NCBI GenBank assembly: GCA_001783525.1
Contig: MFMS01000002.1
Span: forward strand, 208,135-244,959
Length of the DNA: 36,825 bases
Source: Candidatus Kaiserbacteria bacterium RIFOXYB1_FULL_46_14
Lineage (GTDB): Bacteria > Patescibacteriota > Minisyncoccia > Phycocordibacterales > UBA918
Direction of reading: 5' to 3'
Part shown: piece by piece, positions 1-8,958 of the stretch
Numbering within the stretch: position 1 is the first letter of the stretch
Layout: each line of letters begins with the position of its first letter
The notes under the pieces: model-generated
The model's database searches: none
What the model was told of the DNA's origin: nothing
Seen by the model: the letters and a program-made list of their open reading frames with translations, nothing else
Position numbers and translations under genes: made by a program

Positions 1-44
1 CGACCAAAAACGCCAGGCGGCGGCATGAGTCCGCCACCCAAATT

Positions 45-80
45 CCCCTGGCCCGTGCATTGCGCGCGGACCAGGGGTTT
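45..80 (+). terminator. GC-rich hairpin followed by a short T run, about 30 nt upstream of the SulP gene
   Basis: CCCCTGG (45-51) pairs with CCAGGGG (71-77), with an inner stem, then TTTATT. Confidence 0.4.
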
Positions 81-108
81 ATTCATAATTAAATTCCTTA
101 CTAAACAT

Positions 109-1788
109 ATGCCATCTTTCACTTCGATCCGTACGCTAGTTGCCCAAAATTGGCAGGCTGGTTTGACCGTCGCTCTTATCTCAGTACCACTTTCAATCGC
201 ACTTTCGATCGCTTCTGGTGCCGGCCCACTACCAGGCTTGGTGACCGGTGTGGTCGCCACCTTAATCGCCGGCTTCTTTGGCGGTAGTCATTTCAACATC
301 ATCGGTGCGGCTGGAGCACTCGCCACTGTACTTTTTGCCGCCACCTTGGCCGCACCGGCGGGTCTCGGTGCCGCTGTACTACCTTTTATCGCCATCACCA
401 CCGGTCTCATTATTCTTTTGGTGTGGTTTTTTGAATTTGATCGCTATCTTTATTACATCCCTTCTTCGGTGATGTACGGTTTTGCCGCCGGCGTAGCTAT
501 ACTGATCGCCGCTTCACAACTATTTGACGCTTCTGGTCTTTCGGCACTATCTCGCACAGGCCACCTAACTGGAGACCTAGAGAAATTTGTGGAGCATTGG
601 GGTGATGTGCACTTGCCTTCTTTGGCTGTCTTCTCCGCTTTCTTGGTTGGTATCTTGGTCTTCAAGCGTTTTGTTAAGCGCGTACCGGCCGTAATTCCTG
701 CTGCTGTGATCGGCATTTTGGTTGGTTACTTCGCAGATTCTGCACTCGGACTCACCACGCTAGCTGATAAGTTTGGTGACTTTGAAGCAACACTCATCTT
801 GCCAGTTTCTTGGGCAGCATTAGACATCTTTCGAGAGTCAGCCGCCCTTATGTGGATCCTAAAAGTGTCGGGTATAGTGGCACTGATCGCCATTCTCGAA
901 ACCCTTATCACTGCCAAACTTGGCGACAAGCTCACCCGTACTGAGTCATCTTCAAGCCGTGAATTGCTTGGTTTGGCTCTTGCCAATATCGGCTCTGGTG
1001 CCGCCGGCGGCTTACCTGCAACCGGTGTATTCATCCGCACTGGTGCCAATATCAAAGCCGGTGCTACCCATCGCACTAGTGGAATCTTGACCGCCCTCTT
1101 TTCCGCATTGATCGCACTCCTAGTATTACCTTTCTTCTCTTACCTACCAATGCCAGTGATCGCCGCCGTCCTCACTAACACTGCCCTTGGACTACTTGAA
1201 CTTCATAAGTTTAAGGAATTTTATCAGCGTGAAATGGAGAGCTTCGGCATTGCCATACTGGTTGCTCTTATCACTATCTTCCACGATGCTGGACTAGGCG
1301 TAACAATTGGTGCGGTAACCGCTCTAGTTCTCTTTGCTCGCAAGATTGCTCGTGGCCGCTTCGATGTGGTCTGGAATTATAGCGATGGCACCAAAGAAGA
1401 TGTACGCAGTGAACGTCACATCTTGCTACCAAAAAACGATAAGTCAGTCAGAGCGGCCACTTATTCGATTGCTGGTAACCTCGGCTACATTGATGCTGAA
1501 CGACACCGACTCAATTTCAAGCGTTTGGCAGAAGCGAGCAACATCGACAACATTATCATCCGCTTGCGTGACCTCTTTTCTATCGACATCGAAGGCGTTG
1601 ATGCATTATCTGAGAGCGTAAGTGAACTACAACGACGCGGCAAAGGCGTGTACTTTGCTTCCGTATCTCCGACCATTCTCGATGAGTTGTTGGTAATACC
1701 TGCCTTTGCAGAACTAAGTAAGACTCATCACTTCAACCGCAAAACTTCAGACATCCTAAAGGAACTCGGTGTCGCCAACGATCATTAA
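109..1788 (+). CDS. SulP/SLC26 family inorganic anion transporter with C-terminal STAS domain
   Basis: AGLTVALISVPLSIALSIASG N-terminal motif, many TM helices, STAS-like C-terminus (IDIEGVDAL). Start moved to ATG 109 because the upstream extension runs through hairpins. Confidence 0.9.
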   Translation: MPSFTSIRTLVAQNWQAGLTVALISVPLSIALSIASGAGPLPGLVTGVVATLIAGFFGGSHFNIIGAAGALATVLFAATLAAPAGLGAAVLPFIAITTGLIILLVWFFEFDRYLYYIPSSVMYGFAAGVAILIAASQLFDASGLSALSRTGHLTGDLEKFVEHWGDVHLPSLAVFSAFLVGILVFKRFVKRVPAVIPAAVIGILVGYFADSALGLTTLADKFGDFEATLILPVSWAALDIFRESAALMWILKVSGIVALIAILETLITAKLGDKLTRTESSSSRELLGLALANIGSGAAGGLPATGVFIRTGANIKAGATHRTSGILTALFSALIALLVLPFFSYLPMPVIAAVLTNTALGLLELHKFKEFYQREMESFGIAILVALITIFHDAGLGVTIGAVTALVLFARKIARGRFDVVWNYSDGTKEDVRSERHILLPKNDKSVRAATYSIAGNLGYIDAERHRLNFKRLAEASNIDNIIIRLRDLFSIDIEGVDALSESVSELQRRGKGVYFASVSPTILDELLVIPAFAELSKTHHFNRKTSDILKELGVANDH

Positions 1789-2093
1789 TAAAACCGTCGT
1801 ACTAAACCGACGACCACACCCCACAATGACACCTCTTCTGAAGAGGTGTTTTTTGTAGAAAAATTCTCTACCTTCATCTGACCGTCTTCAATCAAAACAA
1901 CAACGTCGCCACCTTTTGCATTCACGGCCTTATCAACCACCAAAACATCCCCTTCCTCTATACCACTACCCTCTGGCCCACTCCCTTCCATTGTCATAAA
2001 AAATGTGGACGCTGGGTGTTTTACCAAATAGTCATGTATATCAAGCGGTCTGTCTTCCGTCCGCTCTTTCATCACATCAAAAACTTTTCCCAT
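1785..2093 (-). CDS. UmuD-like S24 peptidase-fold protein, apparently catalytically inactive
   Basis: LDIHDYLVKHPASTFF...GIEEGDVLVVDK...LWGVV aligns by eye to UmuD; likely start MGKVFD. Confidence 0.8.
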   Translation of the reverse strand: MGKVFDVMKERTEDRPLDIHDYLVKHPASTFFMTMEGSGPEGSGIEEGDVLVVDKAVNAKGGDVVVLIEDGQMKVENFSTKNTSSEEVSLWGVVVGLVRRFY

Positions 2094-2146
2094 ATAAATA
2101 AGGTTGATATTTGGACAAAATTCCATGTAGTCTAACTACGTGAAAC

Positions 2147-3127
2147 TTAGGCGATTACGACTGAACCAGAGAGTACCAAATGTATCTGGAAAAGCATTAT
2201 CATCACCGCGAGCAAAGCCGCACTGTATGCAATCTGAACTGGGTGGTGACGGCGCCATTCGAGAAGCATCGCTATGAGTAGCGCACCCATCACAAACAGA
2301 CCGATCATTGAATAAATAATCTGCAGCACTAGCCGTGGCGATGTCGCCAGCTTCATAACGCCGGATGGTGTGACCACGGCGGCGACGGCCATTTCGTTTG
2401 AGGTCGTCGCAAAGCTTTCGATCACTACCGTGCCAGACTCGGTCATATCTATGTTTTCTACACCTGCAACTGTCGGTGAGCCGGCGGCGGCCACGTCGTC
2501 CGAACTCGAAGCTTCTGCCGTAAAGCCTAGGATATCGACTGGCTCCTCGACCGGTATGGCCACCGCTGGCGCACCGAACAATTGCACTACAAACACTGTG
2601 TCGTAACCTTCAAATTTTCCTGCTGCTGTACCAATTCCCATTTCCGTATAATGTTCATTCAAGATATTCGCGCGGTGAGAAGGTGAATTGAGCCAAGCCT
2701 CCACAACGGCCGTTGAATCAGTGAAGTGCACGGCGAGGTTTTCTCCCGCATGGGTGTAATTGTAGCCAACTTCCTCAAACCAGTGCCAAGGCGACACTCC
2801 TTCTGGACTCCAGTGCGAGAAATACCCTTCTGCCGCCATATTCTCTGCCTTCAGGCGCGCCGCTTCATCAAGCTCGGCACTTCTGCCAAGTGTCGGGAGT
2901 TGCTCGCGGGCGCGCGAGGCGTTAGTTTCTTCTATTACTACCGCCGGCAATACTGCTGCGACTAGATATTCTGAGGCAAGCCACAGAATCGACTGCAAAT
3001 TGACTAGCGAGAAGGTAATTAGCGTCAAAATCAACATTCCAACCATTGCTGCTTTCTGCAGACTATGAGGCTGGAAGTCGTTTTCCTGATCCGGCACTAA
3101 ATATTTTTTCCAAGTTGTTTTGATCAT
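2147..3127 (-). CDS. CAP/SCP domain membrane protein
   Basis: GYFSH, AGENLA, WLNSPSHRANIL, EMGIG motifs; N-terminal TM and two C-terminal TM helices. Confidence 0.9.
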   Translation of the reverse strand: MIKTTWKKYLVPDQENDFQPHSLQKAAMVGMLILTLITFSLVNLQSILWLASEYLVAAVLPAVVIEETNASRAREQLPTLGRSAELDEAARLKAENMAAEGYFSHWSPEGVSPWHWFEEVGYNYTHAGENLAVHFTDSTAVVEAWLNSPSHRANILNEHYTEMGIGTAAGKFEGYDTVFVVQLFGAPAVAIPVEEPVDILGFTAEASSSDDVAAAGSPTVAGVENIDMTESGTVVIESFATTSNEMAVAAVVTPSGVMKLATSPRLVLQIIYSMIGLFVMGALLIAMLLEWRRHHPVQIAYSAALLAVMIMLFQIHLVLSGSVVIA

Positions 3128-3153
3128 GTGTTATAAAAATCATAACATGCGGC

Positions 3154-3780
3154 CTAGCCCTGATCGCTCTCCTTCTGGTCCCAGTGGAGAAACTTCGCAT
3201 AAACCACTAGATTGTGACTATAACTCCGATCACTATGGTCGAAGACGCCACCACAGGTGATTAAGCGAAGTTCTGAGCCGTCAACGTCTCCAAAGACCTT
3301 CTCAAATGGAAAACGCTTTTTTGAGTGGTAGCTCAGCCGATAGACCTCAAATACAGCGGTACTTCCATCTTCGCGACCTATCTCTATTAAGTCTCCATCC
3401 TTAATGTCTTTAAGTGGCTGAAAGACCTCTGGTCCTGTCTCCGAATCGACATGCCCAACAATCACTGACGGTCCAATCTCACCAGGTGTCGGACTATGTT
3501 TGTACCAAGCGACGGTATCAAAACCCTTTGGGACCTCCATTAAGCCTGTCGAGTCCAAATCAAGTGGTGTCTCAAATTCGGCCTCAATGCCGACCGCCAA
3601 GACTCGGATAAACACCGGCAAAGATGGCTCGACTGATCGAGATGTTTCTTCTGGATAATCGGTGCGACCAAACGCAAGACCTACCTGATCCAACCAGAAG
3701 TACGTACTCGAACCACCCATCAATACACCAAGTAGTAAAACAGCGATTGGTTTTCTGATCGGTCGCAGAAAACTGAACAT
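3154..3780 (-). CDS. Class F sortase
   Basis: N-terminal TM; PGEIGPSVIVGHVD (catalytic His); LRLITCGG (catalytic Cys); YSHNLVVYA. The ATG overlaps the upstream stop (TAATG). Confidence 0.9.
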   Translation of the reverse strand: MFSFLRPIRKPIAVLLLGVLMGGSSTYFWLDQVGLAFGRTDYPEETSRSVEPSLPVFIRVLAVGIEAEFETPLDLDSTGLMEVPKGFDTVAWYKHSPTPGEIGPSVIVGHVDSETGPEVFQPLKDIKDGDLIEIGREDGSTAVFEVYRLSYHSKKRFPFEKVFGDVDGSELRLITCGGVFDHSDRSYSHNLVVYAKFLHWDQKESDQG

Positions 3781-5162
3781 TAGAAGCCTAACCAGGCGAA
3801 GATTGGCCATAACCATGACAGAGCGCTAGATAACCGTGGTGCAGCCCCTCCTCTACCAGCCTCGAGTGCTCCGGTAGGAACCGCAGTTATTTGCTCTCCC
3901 AAGATCTTAGGAGTACCACCACCATTACTACTTCCACCGCTACCACCTCCACTACTTCCACCTCCACTACCACCACCATCTCCGTTACCCCCGTTACCTC
4001 CACCATTCCCACCGCCGCCGAAGAAATTACCGAAATTGAACCCTGAATATGTTTCTACAATGGCTGCGTACGCGGTCGGTATGAACCAATTTTTGAGATT
4101 GCCGAGCCAAGTAACTGTTTCGTTACCTTCTTCATTCCTTGGTACAGTGACGGTATAGCTCTGCGGTGAGCTCGGAAAAGATTGTAACCAGTTGCTCCAG
4201 ACACTCTCTGACAAGACCCAAGTTCCCGCTTCTACGACGAACGAGTAATATCCGGTAGCATCGGTCGAAGTGGTGGCAGTCGTAACACCATCAGTAATCG
4301 TCACTATCCATCCTTCTAGTGGATCTTCGCCCTCTGGCCATAAACCGTCTTGATTAGCATCGTGCCATACGTAACCTTCGATGCGGTACTCTCTGGTACT
4401 GGTGCCGTTTCCGCCACCATTACCATCATTGAATGTGTTGGTTATGGTACAAGTTTCAGTTTCATCCTTGATTAGGACAATGTCAGTGCAGTTATCATAA
4501 CTGACGGCAAAGTCGCTCGGTACACTATCCTCTACGACGTTATATGTTCCAACTTCCACCGTCATGTCGTTGGTTCCATCCGATTCGAACGCCGTTGTGC
4601 TGGCACCATTTACATTAAAGGAGAACGAATCTGGAGCTGTGCTAGTACCAACAACAAGCTTCACGACCTTGAGAGTCGCCATATCTACACCACCGCCGCC
4701 TCCTGCTTCGGGACGATATTGATTATCTGCTTCACATGGGAGCGGGGAGTTAAATTGGCCAAGATCGCTTTCTTGGATCTCGATCATGGCTAGGTATTCA
4801 TTATTAGGATCAGGATTACAACCAGAACCATACCAACCTACTCGCCAATCCGATTTCACGAGTCCGTCTGGAACTATCTCCTCGACAGTATAAGTACCTG
4901 GCTCGAGCGCTACGACACTGTCGTGAGGCACGGTCTCGTTAAAATTAACGCCAATGATCTTAAAACTAAAATCGCTTTCTGTGTAACCTTGACTGTCGCC
5001 GCTGAATTTTTTATAGACATGAACATCGACAGTGGTCGGCGTATCTCCAATCGTCTGAGCTGATACCGTAGGCAATGGGATCGGAAGTAAAAATACGCAA
5101 ATTGCTAACGTTAGCAATAAAGTGGTCGGCCAAAAGATACTTGGGCGAAATAGTGCTTTCAT
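3780..5162 (-). CDS. Secreted surface protein with prealbumin-like and SdrD B-like domains; probable class F sortase substrate
   Basis: Signal peptide; GYVWHDANQDG...TDATGYYSF SdrD-B motif; Gly-rich linker; C-terminal VPTGALEAGRGG plus hydrophobic tail. Confidence 0.8.
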   Translation of the reverse strand: MKALFRPSIFWPTTLLLTLAICVFLLPIPLPTVSAQTIGDTPTTVDVHVYKKFSGDSQGYTESDFSFKIIGVNFNETVPHDSVVALEPGTYTVEEIVPDGLVKSDWRVGWYGSGCNPDPNNEYLAMIEIQESDLGQFNSPLPCEADNQYRPEAGGGGGVDMATLKVVKLVVGTSTAPDSFSFNVNGASTTAFESDGTNDMTVEVGTYNVVEDSVPSDFAVSYDNCTDIVLIKDETETCTITNTFNDGNGGGNGTSTREYRIEGYVWHDANQDGLWPEGEDPLEGWIVTITDGVTTATTSTDATGYYSFVVEAGTWVLSESVWSNWLQSFPSSPQSYTVTVPRNEEGNETVTWLGNLKNWFIPTAYAAIVETYSGFNFGNFFGGGGNGGGNGGNGDGGGSGGGSSGGGSGGSSNGGGTPKILGEQITAVPTGALEAGRGGAAPRLSSALSWLWPIFAWLGF

Positions 5163-5252
5163 AGCTTGGTGGATTATCGTTGCAATAACAAACTCGTTCG
5201 GATTTATCCCACTGACTTTACGTTGATTCTAAAGTCTTATGCTTCTACCTGA

Positions 5253-5281
5253 ATTTTACCTCTCGACCTAACAGATTTCAA
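5253..5281 (-). promoter_or_regulatory. sigma70-type promoter for the substrate-sortase unit
   Basis: Minus strand TTGAAA-N17-TAAAAT. Confidence 0.55.
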
Positions 5282-5297
5282 CAAACCCGTTTCTGAC

Positions 5298-8200
5298 CTA
5301 ATGGAACCATCCAAATACTTTTTTTACAACGGAACCAACACCACTCTGGGCTGCTGGGGCTGGCTGTTGAGCGGTCTCGGTCTTCGGCTCCGATACCGGA
5401 GTCGGTGTAGGAGCCACCGGCTGCTTCGGTACAGGCGGAGCAATAGACTTCACGACGACTGGTGTGGTTGGAGTGATCGGCTTGGCGACGATTGGCGTAG
5501 CGACGACGGATGCACTAGCTTTCGAGACAAAACCCGGAGTAGCAAAAGTATAATCACCACCCGTAGAAGTATTGCCCGAACCTGAGGAACGAATCCTGTA
5601 AGTGTACTCTGTCGCTGGCTTGAGATCGAGCAGGAACATATAGTGTTTGGTCTTCAAAAATGGCATATGAGCACTGGCTCGGTCGTAACCCAAGTTTTTT
5701 GCTAGTTGATCGTAAGGAGAAACTCCATTGTTTTCACTGAAGAAGATCTGGCCATCGGTCGGCTTGCTTGTCTCCCAAGTCAATACGGCAACATATAGAC
5801 CGTTCGTATGTTGATAAGTACCCAAGAGACCAACGTTCCGTATTCCTATATCCACTCCCTTTATTTCCAAGGTGTGCTTTGCAACCGGTATACGAAGTTC
5901 TTTGGTTTTCTTCCCAACAGTTGAACTCGCTGCGTTGTATGCGATCACCTTTGCTTGATTGGTGTAAGAACCAGTCGGAGTATCGGCCTTGTAATTGATC
6001 GTATAAGTAAGTGTAATGACCTCGCCAGGCAAAACATTGCCCAAATTCCAGCTTTGTTCACTCACGACCGTACCTATCGGATTAAGCAGGGTATCTATTA
6101 CTTGAGCATCGTAGGCAGTACCGCCGCGATTCTTAACAGTAAGAACATAATCGACAGAGTCACCGGCATTTACCGTCTTACTGATCGGTAGCACAGTGTT
6201 TTTGTAGATTCGAATGTCCGGTGCAGCATCTGCTTTAACTTTACTCGTCTCTCGCTCGATACTGGCGCCAAGCACTTTGCCAGCATTTTTGTTATTACTC
6301 GAAGAACTTCCCCCACCGCCCCCACCTCCACCCCCACCTCCACCTCCACCGCCAGTATTAGTACCACCATTGTCAGTGCCGTTTCCTTGCTCATCTCCGG
6401 AACCACTATTGCCACCATTACCAGTACCGGAATCAGTACCACCATTGTCGGTTGGAGCCGCGCGATAAATCGAAATACTTAAACGCTCGGTATTATCAGC
6501 TCGATTGCCATCCGACTGCGTACTGCGCACGTTAGCCCTAGCAGTTATCGTCGTCGTACCAATCGGCACAATCTCCTCTACGATACCCTCAAAGACGATT
6601 GTCTTACTTCCTCCAGCTGGAATATCGCCAATTGAAGCGGTTTCCAAATTATTTGCGGCCAATCCACCGACAAGGTGATACATATATTCCGAGTCGAACT
6701 CATGATCAAATTGAACATTGCGCGCCTCTAGATCGCCGTTGTTCTTGATCGTGTAAGTATAGATGACCTTACTACCAGGACTGATCGTATCGCTATCAGC
6801 CTGCAACTGACCACCAACCCAAAGATCAGGTGCTCCAAAAGAAATGTCACCATTAAAATCACCGAAGATATTCAGTACTGCCATCACCCAGTTGCGTCCA
6901 ACCACGTTCGTGTTGGCGATATTCATGACGTTTGCGCCAGCATAAGCATCGCCTGTCTCGATCACACCAAGCTCGGCGTCGATCAAGTTTTCACCAGTGA
7001 GTGAGACAATATCGACTTTGTTATTGATCGTACTGGTTGACTGATTATTGAAATTGGCCTCGTAGGAATCGACATCACAATATCTACTACCGCACATCAA
7101 AAGCTCTGATGGCGTCACTTCAGCATCACTATTGTAGATAACCACCCCTTCTGGAGTGACTTCCCACGATAGTCCCTGAGGTAGTCCATAGACGTTTCCG
7201 TTCCAGTTGCCGTGTACTTTTATTAACATGTACATCGAATCGCCGCCGAAGAAATTTTGATTGACCTTATTGAGAACATTTGAGGCGGCTTCCGCGATAC
7301 CAGTGGAAGTGTAGGACTCCACTATATCGGTGAAAGCTTCATTGTTTCCAGACTCGGCGACAGTATCTAGTTCGTTGTTAATATCCGCATAGTTGACGTT
7401 ATTGTCGACCAATGAAGCGTCTTCAATATCTTCAAGTTGAACTAGAGCGTTTGGTTTGCCGAAGAAGGCGTACCAAAGATCTGCCGTAGGCAAGACAAGG
7501 TCTCCGTTTAGGGTACCCATACCGTTCACCGCCATGAGAATATAGTTTGAATCAATGATATTGGTATTGGCGACATTGATTATATTGGCCGCGCCGTAAG
7601 CATTACCGGTTTCGATGGCAGCAATCTCTCCTTCCGCTGAGTTGCCGCCGGTGATAGCGTATATATCGACATCATTGTCGATCACAGCCTCGTTCTGTTG
7701 CAAAAGATTGTAGATGACATCCTCTGCTGCACACGACAACAGAGAACACTGATTAGAAGCACTGACTAATGCATCTGGATTATTGAAAAAAAGTTCCCGT
7801 AGATCAAAGATACCTTCGTCTCCCAACATCTGATTGAGCAGTCTCATAAAACCGCTGGAGTTGATAACATTGGTATTCAACACGTTGGCGATATTGAGGA
7901 CTGACACTGCGTCGCCGGTCTCGATCGTGGCAGTATCGCTAGAAGATGCCAAGTTATCGCCAGTAATGGCGGTTGTAGTCCCCATATTGGTGATGATGCC
8001 GCTGTTGGTACCAGTAGCGTTGAGTTCGTAGGTGTCGAGATCATTCAAAGACGAAGTGGCAGTACTTTGAATATTATTCGAGTTAGCAGTAGTTGAGATG
8101 TCACCGGTCGCAGTAGCGTCGCCAGTCTTAATCGCGGTCGTAGTGCCGGATTCCACTTGTTGCCCGGTCACGTCTTCACCTTCGCTCTCACCACCCTCTT

Positions 8201-8435
8201 CGCCAGGAGTACCTGAAACACCCCCTTCTCCTCCTGTGCCTGGGTCGCCTTCGGTCGGCACGTTGTTTTCACTAATGACCTCTATGGCCTCGACTGGCGC
8301 TTCCGTTCCCTCGCCCTCTACTGGTTCTTCTGCATAGGTAAATAATGGGACTAAACTAAACAAGAGTGCCACGAGAGTCAACGCCGCGGCCAAATTTCGT
8401 GTCTTTTTGAGATCGTTAGAAAATAGCGAGAACAT
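5298..8435 (-). CDS. Large secreted protein: Asn-rich TGxN/TGDA repeats, two DUF11-like Ig domains, FN3-like domain, Pro/Thr-rich tail
   Basis: Signal peptide; four full repeats plus a half repeat; PGSKVIYTYTIKNNG and AGDSVDYVLTVKNRG (DUF11-like); LTWETSKP...LKPATEYTYRI (FN3-like). Confidence 0.75.
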   Translation of the reverse strand: MFSLFSNDLKKTRNLAAALTLVALLFSLVPLFTYAEEPVEGEGTEAPVEAIEVISENNVPTEGDPGTGGEGGVSGTPGEEGGESEGEDVTGQQVESGTTTAIKTGDATATGDISTTANSNNIQSTATSSLNDLDTYELNATGTNSGIITNMGTTTAITGDNLASSSDTATIETGDAVSVLNIANVLNTNVINSSGFMRLLNQMLGDEGIFDLRELFFNNPDALVSASNQCSLLSCAAEDVIYNLLQQNEAVIDNDVDIYAITGGNSAEGEIAAIETGNAYGAANIINVANTNIIDSNYILMAVNGMGTLNGDLVLPTADLWYAFFGKPNALVQLEDIEDASLVDNNVNYADINNELDTVAESGNNEAFTDIVESYTSTGIAEAASNVLNKVNQNFFGGDSMYMLIKVHGNWNGNVYGLPQGLSWEVTPEGVVIYNSDAEVTPSELLMCGSRYCDVDSYEANFNNQSTSTINNKVDIVSLTGENLIDAELGVIETGDAYAGANVMNIANTNVVGRNWVMAVLNIFGDFNGDISFGAPDLWVGGQLQADSDTISPGSKVIYTYTIKNNGDLEARNVQFDHEFDSEYMYHLVGGLAANNLETASIGDIPAGGSKTIVFEGIVEEIVPIGTTTITARANVRSTQSDGNRADNTERLSISIYRAAPTDNGGTDSGTGNGGNSGSGDEQGNGTDNGGTNTGGGGGGGGGGGGGGGSSSSNNKNAGKVLGASIERETSKVKADAAPDIRIYKNTVLPISKTVNAGDSVDYVLTVKNRGGTAYDAQVIDTLLNPIGTVVSEQSWNLGNVLPGEVITLTYTINYKADTPTGSYTNQAKVIAYNAASSTVGKKTKELRIPVAKHTLEIKGVDIGIRNVGLLGTYQHTNGLYVAVLTWETSKPTDGQIFFSENNGVSPYDQLAKNLGYDRASAHMPFLKTKHYMFLLDLKPATEYTYRIRSSGSGNTSTGGDYTFATPGFVSKASASVVATPIVAKPITPTTPVVVKSIAPPVPKQPVAPTPTPVSEPKTETAQQPAPAAQSGVGSVVKKVFGWFH

Positions 8436-8880
8436 AATTTAGGAAAATTAAACGTATCTTATCCAACAACGCTACTAATGTTTGTTGATCATCGAACGGA
8501 AGAGATGTACTCCCTACTTCCATTTTCGATTCGACCCAAGTGTCAGACTCGCTAGTGCCTGAAGCATGCCTGACAATATCCACCACAGTCTTACCGTCGA
8601 CACTGGCCTCTATCTTGACCGTCGAATCACTGTCTCCAGAAATATAAGACCTTCCATCTGCCCCATTCTTGCCAGACAAGCCATCTTGGCCGTCTTGGCC
8701 AGGTAGACCATCCTGACCGTCCTGGCCATCTTGACCACTAGACATAACACCCCCAGTGCTCGAGTGGGCGCTGACATAGTTTTCGATCCGCACCGTTTCG
8801 GCCCTTGCTTGGGTCAAAAGACCAAAAGATGCGACGAATACAATTGCGACGAAAAATAATATATGTTGAAAGCGTGACAT
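8416..8880 (-). CDS. Small secreted protein with collagen-like (GQD)n segment
   Basis: Signal peptide ending ARA; GQDGQDGQDGLPGQDGQDGLSGKNGADG; likely start MSRFQ; overlaps the next gene by 20 nt. Confidence 0.75.
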   Translation of the reverse strand: MSRFQHILFFVAIVFVASFGLLTQARAETVRIENYVSAHSSTGGVMSSGQDGQDGQDGLPGQDGQDGLSGKNGADGRSYISGDSDSTVKIEASVDGKTVVDIVRHASGTSESDTWVESKMEVGSTSLPFDDQQTLVALLDKIRLIFLNYVLAIF

Positions 8881-8958
8881 AGATTTCCCTCCATAAAGCC
8901 AGGAGAATCCCGGCCTTAAGGGAGGGGTTCTCCGAGGAGAACTCCCAACCCTCAACCT

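Noticed and set aside
6310-6355. Poly-Gly CCA/CCC tract as a phase-variable repeat
   Set aside because: Mixed codons encoding an in-frame linker; no pure homopolymer long enough for slippage.
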